This document shows, piece after piece, positions 28,230 to 34,603 of a DNA stretch of 57,504 nt. Each line of letters opens with the position of its first letter. Position 1 is the first letter of the stretch. The notes beneath the pieces are model-generated. The model saw only the letters and a list, made by a program, of their open reading frames with translations, ran no database searches and had not been told where the DNA came from. Made by a program: the position numbers and the translations under genes. Origin of the DNA: a virus (taxonomy: Duplodnaviria > Caudoviricetes); IMG/VR virus record IMGVR_UViG_3300027822_000014, positions 1 to 57,504 of that record; one strand, written 5' to 3'.

Positions 28230-28883
28230 CTATTGCAACAGTTTGGGCCGAGGCCCTTTGACATTGAACCCGGCGTCTGCGAGCGCCTTTGCGCGCACAC
28301 CGGGGAAGTGATTGTTCAGAGTTGTCACCGATTTATACCCATGCATTTCTGCGACTTTCTTGAGTGGTATGGATACGTCCTGAATGTCCGCCAGCATGGC
28401 TTGACGCTTGTCGCCTACAATCTTACTCGGACGGCCAAAGGTCGCGCCACGCGCCCGCGCAGCCGCCATACCGGCTTTTGTGCGCTCTTTGGTCATGTCA
28501 CGCTCCAGTGTTGCCAGACTGGCCAGCAGATGGAACATGAACTTGCCCATCGGCGACTTTGTGTCGATCTGCTCAGTGATGCTCTTGAACTCGATGTTCT
28601 GAGAATTCATGACATCTGACAATTGGATCAGTTCACCAATGTTACGGCCCAGACGATCAAGTTTCCACACGACAAGAGTGTCACCGGCCCGAATGCTTTT
28701 CTTCAACAGTTCAAGCTGCGCTCGATGCATTGACGCACCTGACGTTTTCTCTTTGAAGATGTAGTGACAACCGGCTTTTTCCAGTGCCTGGATTTGCATA
28801 TCAAGGTTCTGGTCTTCCGTGCTGACACGGGCGTACCCGTACATCACTGATGTGTCTTTTTGTTCTTTTTCTGAATTATGCAA
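28230..28883 (-). CDS. Small serine recombinase (resolvase/invertase family) with C-terminal HTH
   Basis: YGYARVST (catalytic Ser), GDTLVVWKLDRLGR, ERT.AG..AARARG..FGRP. Start is TTG 28883 (GAGG RBS) or ATG 28844. Confidence 0.95.
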   Translation of the reverse strand: MHNSEKEQKDTSVMYGYARVSTEDQNLDMQIQALEKAGCHYIFKEKTSGASMHRAQLELLKKSIRAGDTLVVWKLDRLGRNIGELIQLSDVMNSQNIEFKSITEQIDTKSPMGKFMFHLLASLATLERDMTKERTKAGMAAARARGATFGRPSKIVGDKRQAMLADIQDVSIPLKKVAEMHGYKSVTTLNNHFPGVRAKALADAGFNVKGPRPKLLQ

Positions 28884-28999
28884 CTGAAAACCTCTTGACT
28901 TAATGGTGTCGAATGTGACTGTATAGACGAATAGCCACAAAGGCAAACACTATTTATACCAGAGAAGGCCGGTTTGGCCGCAACACAAGGAACGATGAA

Positions 29000-29605
29000 A
29001 TGAAAGTTTACATGCTGATAGATCAATCAGGATCGATGGCAACCAATTGGGCTGAGACCGTAGGCGCGGTGAATTCCTACGTTAAAAAGATGACGAGTGA
29101 CAAGCCCAAGAAACTGCGCCTGAACGTTGCTGCTTTCGATGCAGACAGTGGGTTGAATTTCACCGAATTGCGCAGAGATGTGAAAATCAAAGATTGGACG
29201 GACATCACTAATGATGACGCCACCCCAAGGGGATCAACACCGCTGTTTGATGCGATTGGCAAGCTGTGCACATGGATTGATGTAGACAAACCAGACCGAG
29301 CGCTCATCGCAATAATCACGGACGGTCATGAAAACTCTAGTCGCGAAGTATCCAAGGATGCAGCCAAAGCAATGCTGGATAAGTTTCGTGAAAAGAAATT
29401 CGACATTGTGTTTATTGGCGCAGATTTTGACGCATTTGGACAGGCTGCAACTTTGGGTAATGCCAGGGGTCAAACCTTAAACATGAGCCCCGGTAACTAT
29501 GCTGCGGCCAGTGCTTCTCTGGCCTCTAGAACAACAGCATATGCCGCGTCTGGCGCTGTGATGGATTGGTCTGATGAAGACCGTAAAGCTGCGAGTGAAA
29601 AGTAA
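29000..29605 (+). CDS. von Willebrand factor A (vWA) domain protein
   Basis: MIDAS DQSGSM, TPLFDAIG, IITDGHENSSRE and FIGAD motifs. Confidence 0.85.
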   Translation: MKVYMLIDQSGSMATNWAETVGAVNSYVKKMTSDKPKKLRLNVAAFDADSGLNFTELRRDVKIKDWTDITNDDATPRGSTPLFDAIGKLCTWIDVDKPDRALIAIITDGHENSSREVSKDAAKAMLDKFREKKFDIVFIGADFDAFGQAATLGNARGQTLNMSPGNYAAASASLASRTTAYAASGAVMDWSDEDRKAASEK

Positions 29606-29625
29606 CACCACGAAAGGCCACGAAA

Positions 29626-29958
29626 ATGTATGGACTATGCCTAAACATGATGCGAGACCGGGCTGAACGGGTCGATTTGGTTGCCACGGCAGCTACGCCA
29701 GAGGCTCTGTGCGCGTTTATGGATCAGCATAAGGTTGAGGAATACTCAGACGGGTCAACTAGTGCGTTCAGTGGAACGCTGAGAAAAACTTTTGCCGCTG
29801 GAAGTCCGCTTGAATATTACAACCCACCGTTTTCCATTGAAGTCGATAACCCTGGCGTTTTCGGTGACGGCATTATCTCAATCATGTCCCGTGAAGATGC
29901 AATCCAACGTGCGGCAGAAAATTGGGATAACGAAGTCGCGTCAAAGCGCATAGATTAA
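29626..29958 (+). CDS. Island right-arm hypothetical protein (110 aa)
   Basis: Flanked on both sides by CACGAAAGGCCACG. Confidence 0.7.
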   Translation: MYGLCLNMMRDRAERVDLVATAATPEALCAFMDQHKVEEYSDGSTSAFSGTLRKTFAAGSPLEYYNPPFSIEVDNPGVFGDGIISIMSREDAIQRAAENWDNEVASKRID

Positions 29959-29981
29959 TACCAACACGAAAGGCCACGCAG

Positions 29982-30161
29982 ATGCACACTATGAAAAAGC
30001 TGTTCAGCACATTGAAGATTTGCGCAACGCTTTTTGCTGCAAGAACCTTCGGAGAATATGAGCACTCAGGATTTTATGTGGATTTTGAATACGCCAGATA
30101 CAGGCTATTCGGTAAGAGTTGGTGCATCCCGAAAACACCATTCATAGAAACAACAGAATAG
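29982..30161 (+). CDS. Island right-arm small protein (59 aa, MHTMKKLF...), not in ORF track
   Basis: Manually translated. Lies between two junction motifs. Confidence 0.6.
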   Translation: MHTMKKLFSTLKICATLFAARTFGEYEHSGFYVDFEYARYRLFGKSWCIPKTPFIETTE

Positions 30162-30170
30162 GCCGGGATC

Positions 30171-30365
30171 ATGAAAGAGCAATGGGTAGCGTTCTGGAAT
30201 GGCAGCACAATGCACTGCATCACAGGAGCCACAGATGTCACATATGACAGCTTGAAGCACTGCAAATCTATCAACTCTGGTGCAGAAGGATTTGCTAAGA
30301 TTGCCATCAATGACGGCGTTCTGAAAATAGTAGAGCAGGTTAAAAATGAAAGAAGGACAACATGA
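30171..30365 (+). CDS. Island right-arm small protein (64 aa)
   Basis: Follows the GAATAGGCC junction. ATGA overlap with the next gene. Confidence 0.6.
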   Translation: MKEQWVAFWNGSTMHCITGATDVTYDSLKHCKSINSGAEGFAKIAINDGVLKIVEQVKNERRTT

Positions 30366-30574
30366 CTGACTTGGAAAGAGAGATTGCCGCCGTGCTGAAT
30401 ACACACAGTGCGGAGAATGACAGCAATTCACCAGACTGGTTGCTGGCTCAATTCCTGACGAATTGCCTAGCCGCATTTAATGGTGCAGTTCAGAAGCGTG
30501 AAAATTGGTACGGGCGAGACCCTAGACCGTCTCATGTTGACGGACCAAAACCACCTGAAACAAATACACAGTAA
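30362..30574 (+). CDS. Island right-arm conserved small phage protein (70 aa)
   Basis: LN.HS.EN.SN.PD..LA..L..CL..F..AV..RE.WYG pattern recurs in phage hypothetical proteins. Confidence 0.7.
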   Translation: MTDLEREIAAVLNTHSAENDSNSPDWLLAQFLTNCLAAFNGAVQKRENWYGRDPRPSHVDGPKPPETNTQ

Positions 30575-30583
30575 AGGCCCGAC

Positions 30584-30799
30584 ATGAAACCGAGAAACTG
30601 CAGAACCACAGAAGATTTGCTCAAGTGCCGGACTGATAATTTCCCAGGCATTGGTGATCGTTGGTCAATACTCAATCAAGAACAATGTGTGTCTCTTCAC
30701 CAGCCCAACGGCGGTGGGTGGGTCACAATCCCGCGCAAGGACTTCAATGCAATTGTTGACTGGTATAATCGGGACCAGAAACCAGCAAAGCGTAAATAG
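30584..30799 (+). CDS. Island right-arm small protein (71 aa)
   Basis: TAAAGGCCCGAC-ATG junction. Confidence 0.65.
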   Translation: MKPRNCRTTEDLLKCRTDNFPGIGDRWSILNQEQCVSLHQPNGGGWVTIPRKDFNAIVDWYNRDQKPAKRK

Positions 30800-30815
30800 A
30801 TATAAAGGGCCGGTT

Positions 30816-31073
30816 ATGAAACGTCAGCCAATAGATACGGCACCCAAAGACGGTACAGTAATATTGGTCTATGGCGAAAATTCAAACAGGTCTCATAAAT
30901 GTATATGGAACCCAGAAATGAACTCATGGAATGAAGATTGTTCCGATCTGGTTGATTCTGGATGTTGGGAAACTCTTTGTTGCCACGGATGGTTTGAACC
31001 GTCAGAAGTAAAGTTTTGGCAACCGCTTTCAAAGTCTGGAAAGTGTGGATGTGAATTAGAAATTTACTACTGA
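30816..31073 (+). CDS. DUF551-like protein (85 aa)
   Basis: QPIDTAPKDGT.IL....WQPL. AAAGGGCCGGTT-ATG junction. Confidence 0.7.
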   Translation: MKRQPIDTAPKDGTVILVYGENSNRSHKCIWNPEMNSWNEDCSDLVDSGCWETLCCHGWFEPSEVKFWQPLSKSGKCGCELEIYY

Positions 31074-31111
31074 AATGAACCAACCGATTAACGCCAGAAA
31101 GGGCCGAGAAC

Positions 31112-31369
31112 ATGGACTGGAACCCGATTAAAAGCATGCCATATCAGGAAATCTGTTGGGTGAAAAATTCGATTATGAAGAAACCAGTGTTGGCCACTAG
31201 GGGTCATGACACCCCAGCAGGAGTTCATCCAGACAACACGTTCTGCACTACTGTTTTCACTCCAGACAAGATGTTCCCCACCCCTTCTGGAAATCTTGTC
31301 TGTCCTGATTTGTGGCGGAAGGTTGAAGAAGATTACCAACCGGAAGCAGATATCAACGGTGACTTCTAA
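31112..31369 (+). CDS. Island right-arm small protein (85 aa)
   Basis: WNPIKSMP N-terminus. GAAAGGGCCGAGAAC-ATG junction. Confidence 0.65.
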   Translation: MDWNPIKSMPYQEICWVKNSIMKKPVLATRGHDTPAGVHPDNTFCTTVFTPDKMFPTPSGNLVCPDLWRKVEEDYQPEADINGDF

Positions 31370-31452
31370 ACACACAGAAAAGGCCCAGGCCTTGCATATT
31401 TCACGCGAATGGCGATGATGACGGCGTTTGAAATTTTACAAGGAGAGCCAAC

Positions 31453-31869
31453 ATGGCCACGAAAGCCAAGTCCGCTGCTGTGCCGAATCGCCAGCAGCGC
31501 CGCAAGACCGCCGCCACCAAGAAAAACTCCACCCCGCAGAAGACCCCTGCTGAGACAGGCAGTCAGCCCAATCAGCTCCTGCAGAACTTCGACATGGTCC
31601 ACAAGGCCATTGCCGACAACCAGATCAACTGTGTCGTCGGCGTCGCTGTGCTACGCAATGGCGTCATGATCGACATGTTTGGCACTGCCGGCGAGTTGCT
31701 CGGTGAATGCGCTGCGCTCGTGCAACTACAGAACCTGGGTGACAATATGCGAGGGATGCAGCAGCGCCGCATACAGGCTCAGCAGCAGGCAGCGCGTGAC
31801 GCTCAGGCGAAGATCACCCCGCCGGGGGTGAACGCCGGGAAGCCTCCGAAGAAGGCTGCTCAGACGTAG
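31453..31869 (+). CDS. Hypothetical protein (138 aa)
   Basis: AGGAGAG RBS. Backbone-like GC resumes here. Confidence 0.7.
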   Translation: MATKAKSAAVPNRQQRRKTAATKKNSTPQKTPAETGSQPNQLLQNFDMVHKAIADNQINCVVGVAVLRNGVMIDMFGTAGELLGECAALVQLQNLGDNMRGMQQRRIQAQQQAARDAQAKITPPGVNAGKPPKKAAQT

Positions 31870-32098
31870 GCTGGACGCCGCATATTGTATCGCGGGCGGC
31901 GTTGCCCTCGCGAATCTGCTCAATAGTTGGAAGGGTGTCCGATATCTCCGGGCGCCCTTTTGTGTAAGTGAAGTCGATCTCGGGTGCCTGGGTACAGTAC
32001 AACCGTTTTGCCACGAGGGCATCCACGGCTTCGTTCAAGGCCTCGCTGCTGGTGCAGCCTGACAGCCCAATGGCTACCACTACCAGTGCATACCGCAT
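31814..32098 (-). CDS. Lipoprotein, probable o-spanin (Rz1-like)
   Basis: Lipobox LSGC after a hydrophobic leader, DTxxTIxQIxxxNAARDTIC C-terminus, GGAGG RBS. Confidence 0.6.
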   Translation of the reverse strand: MRYALVVVAIGLSGCTSSEALNEAVDALVAKRLYCTQAPEIDFTYTKGRPEISDTLPTIEQIREGNAARDTICGVQPTSEQPSSEASRRSPPAG

Positions 32099-32169
32099 GT
32101 CGTCCCTCCGTGCTCGACTTGTAAACAACGCCCATAATTGGTACTCATTTCACAGGAGAAAAGCATACC

Positions 32170-33033
32170 ATGGCCAGCATTAGCAACCACAGACTGCTCT
32201 CAGGAACGCCCGGCAACCCCGTACCATTCGTTCAATCACCGCACACGAGCCGAACGTTCGCGCCCGAGGGCATCGTCCTGCACGACACCGCAGGGCGCCT
32301 GAAGCCGTTCTCAGCCACGCTGAACTGGTTCGCCGACCCGTCAGCCAAGGCGTCCGCCCACTTTACCGTGGACCGGGCGGGTGGCGTCGGCCAGTCGGCG
32401 CTGACCAACCAGTGCGCATGGCATGCCGGCAAGTCGCAATACAAGGGCCGCAAGTCCGTGTCGCGGTTCACGTTCGGCATCGAGATGGTCAACCCGGGCC
32501 GTATGGAGGTGGTCAACGATTTCACTGGCAAGGCGTGGTACGGCCAGAAGTTCAAGAGCAGCGACGAGTATGACGTGTCGTACGTGGAGACCCCGGAGCA
32601 TGGCGCCGGCATGTGGATGGACTACACCGACACCCAGATCGATTCCGTGGTCACCCTGTGCCGGACGCTCGTCAAGGAGTTCGACCTTGATTTCATTACC
32701 ACCCACTGGGCAATATCGCCAGGGCGTAAAGTGGACCCGAACCCGCTGTTCCCGCTTCAGCACGTCCGCGATACGGTGTTCGGACGGGTCGAACCGCCAG
32801 TGGATGCAGTCGAGAAGTTCGGCGACGCCACGACGATTGTGGACGCCAACGTCCGGCCATGGCCACACCGGACATCCGAGCCGACAGGGCTTGCAAAATT
32901 CGGCACACGGGTAGATGTTATTCGTAGTGGGGTCTGGAACGACCCCAACTTCGGCCAGGAGCAGTGGCATTTGTGCCGCTGCGAGGACGGCAGTGAGGGG
33001 TGGATCTTCGCCCTTCTGATTGACATGGACTGA
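32170..33033 (+). CDS. Endolysin: N-acetylmuramoyl-L-alanine amidase with an SH3b-like domain
   Basis: IVLHDT, ASAHF, AWHAG.S, GIE.VN and H..ISPGRK.DP motifs. C-terminal NVR..P....W......EGWI. Confidence 0.9.
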   Translation: MASISNHRLLSGTPGNPVPFVQSPHTSRTFAPEGIVLHDTAGRLKPFSATLNWFADPSAKASAHFTVDRAGGVGQSALTNQCAWHAGKSQYKGRKSVSRFTFGIEMVNPGRMEVVNDFTGKAWYGQKFKSSDEYDVSYVETPEHGAGMWMDYTDTQIDSVVTLCRTLVKEFDLDFITTHWAISPGRKVDPNPLFPLQHVRDTVFGRVEPPVDAVEKFGDATTIVDANVRPWPHRTSEPTGLAKFGTRVDVIRSGVWNDPNFGQEQWHLCRCEDGSEGWIFALLIDMD

Positions 33034-33049
33034 TCGAAAGGAAACACCC

Positions 33050-33298
33050 ATGGCTGAAACTCAAACATCTAAATGGATTGGCAAATCGCTGACCGTGTGG
33101 GGCGTTATTGTCACTGTAGCTTCCACACTCTCCCCGGTTTTCGGTCCGATTCTCGGCTGGGATATCAGCCCGACAGACATCCAGGCCGCCGGCGCTAGCA
33201 TCACTGACATGCTATCCGCTATAGGCTTCGGTATCGGCTCTCTTATGACGATCATCGGTCGCATGCGGGCGCAGGGACCAGCTACCCTTCTGGGCTGA
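33050..33298 (+). CDS. Putative holin (2 TM)
   Basis: Follows the endolysin. KSLTVWG and IGRMRA with two hydrophobic segments. Confidence 0.65.
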   Translation: MAETQTSKWIGKSLTVWGVIVTVASTLSPVFGPILGWDISPTDIQAAGASITDMLSAIGFGIGSLMTIIGRMRAQGPATLLG

Positions 33299-33308
33299 TA
33301 TGACTACT

Positions 33309-33342
33309 GGCGCCGCCTTCCCGGGCGGCGCCTTTATATTTT
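33309..33342 (+). terminator. Rho-independent terminator
   Basis: GGCGCCGCC-ttcccg-GGCGGCGCC followed by TTTATATTTT. Confidence 0.75.
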
Positions 33343-33395
33343 GACCATTTGCATATTTGTGCTGGGAAGGGGAGCAACTAGAGAAAGTATGCACA

Positions 33396-33611
33396 ATGGA
33401 CAAAGCACTAGAATGGGTGTTCAGCCAGGACACCGTCGTCGTCATCCTAATCGCGATCAACTATATACAGTACCGTGAGCGAGGACGACTATTGGCCAGC
33501 GCCTTAGAGACGGCACAATATCTGGGCACAGTGGACCGGTCACTTAACCATCTCGTTCAGATCCACCAAATTCGGACCGGACTGGTCCAGGATGGAGAGA
33601 AAAAGGACTGA
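33396..33611 (+). CDS. Small membrane protein (holin-like, 71 aa)
   Basis: N-terminal TM segment, in the lysis neighbourhood. Confidence 0.55.
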   Translation: MDKALEWVFSQDTVVVILIAINYIQYRERGRLLASALETAQYLGTVDRSLNHLVQIHQIRTGLVQDGEKKD

Positions 33612-33613
33612 CT

Positions 33614-33865
33614 ATGTGGAAAGCCGTTACCGCTGCGCTGGGAATGTTCAAACACCTGTTCAGCTGGCTCAATGAGCGCACTGTGAACGAGCGCCTGAAG
33701 GGCGCTAAAAAAGCCGGCGCTGATGAGGCTGCGATCAAAGGATCGCAGGAAGTTGACCAGCTGATACTTGACGCAGAGCGTACGAAAGGGCAAATTTCTC
33801 ATACAGAAGACGCCATCCTTAATGACCCACGAAACAGGGCGCGCCAGCGCTCGGAGGAATCATGA
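33614..33865 (+). CDS. Putative i-spanin (Rz-like)
   Basis: N-terminal membrane anchor, coiled helix, C-terminal DPRNR. Confidence 0.55.
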   Translation: MWKAVTAALGMFKHLFSWLNERTVNERLKGAKKAGADEAAIKGSQEVDQLILDAERTKGQISHTEDAILNDPRNRARQRSEES

Positions 33866-34080
33866 TGTGTTTGCAGAGATTGCTAGGATTCGGGCGCACC
33901 AAGGCCGAGGCGGACGTATCGAAGAAGCTGCACCAGCTGGGTGACAGCTTGTCACGTACACGGGCCGCATTGAAGGCCGAGAACGCCCGTTTGAGATCAC
34001 GCAGTGCCAAGGCCAGAGACGAGCAGCATGATCAGCCTGTTTTCATCGGCCCGAAATTGGTCAACGGTTCTGGTGGGTAA
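33862..34080 (+). CDS. Hypothetical protein (72 aa)
   Basis: GGAGG RBS and ATGA overlap. Confidence 0.5.
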   Translation: MMCLQRLLGFGRTKAEADVSKKLHQLGDSLSRTRAALKAENARLRSRSAKARDEQHDQPVFIGPKLVNGSGG

Positions 34081-34303
34081 CGCCGGTTTCCTCGTCTTAT
34101 ACTTGACATCGGATGCGAGACCGGCGATACATAACACACTCAGAACTCACAGAACGTGTGTTTTCTCTCCGAACAACGCACAGTGGATCAGGCCCGCCCC
34201 CGGGAAACCGGGACGTGGGCCTGATCTCGTTTTGGGCGCTCTTTGCGATCCGCGCTTATTGTGCTAAACGAGGTACAGTCATTTTCGCACGGAGGAGATA
34301 AAC

Positions 34304-34603
34304 ATGGCCAGCGTCTGGGTAACCGAATATAGAGGTCTTGCCGAAGGCGGGTTAGGGCAGCTCATCCAGGCCAAGAGCTGGCCGGCCATCAAGACCACCT
34401 TCCTGGATTTCACCGGCGAAGACAGCTCGATCACCATCGATAACACCACCCGGATAGTCCGTATATACGCCGACGCGGCAGTTTACGTGGATCTCGACAA
34501 CACGGCGGATGATACCAGTGAACCGATCAAGGCCGATACGCCGACTGATCGAACGCTGGCGACGGGCGGACAGGTGCTGCATATCAGCGATGGAACCAAC
34601 TAG
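34304..34603 (+). CDS. Small structural-type protein (99 aa)
   Basis: GGAGAG RBS, beta-rich, abuts the second RBP gene. Confidence 0.65.
   Translation: MASVWVTEYRGLAEGGLGQLIQAKSWPAIKTTFLDFTGEDSSITIDNTTRIVRIYADAAVYVDLDNTADDTSEPIKADTPTDRTLATGGQVLHISDGTN

Larger units (their letters stand above)
26760..31390. mobile_element. Low-GC island: serine recombinase flanked by two divergent arrays of small genes
   Basis: Visibly AT-richer than the backbone and interrupts the tail-to-lysis gene order. Repeated junction motifs GGAGAC (left arm) and AAAGGCC (right arm). Confidence 0.7.

Noticed and set aside
24203-28883. Gin/Cin-like tail-fibre inversion system
   Set aside because: There is no inverted alternative fibre C-terminus and no paired gix/hix-like sites near the tailspike end.
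28230-28883. Recombinase as a prophage integrase
   Set aside because: It is only ~205-217 aa, lacks the large-serine recombinase and zinc-ribbon domains, and no host DNA or att junction is present.
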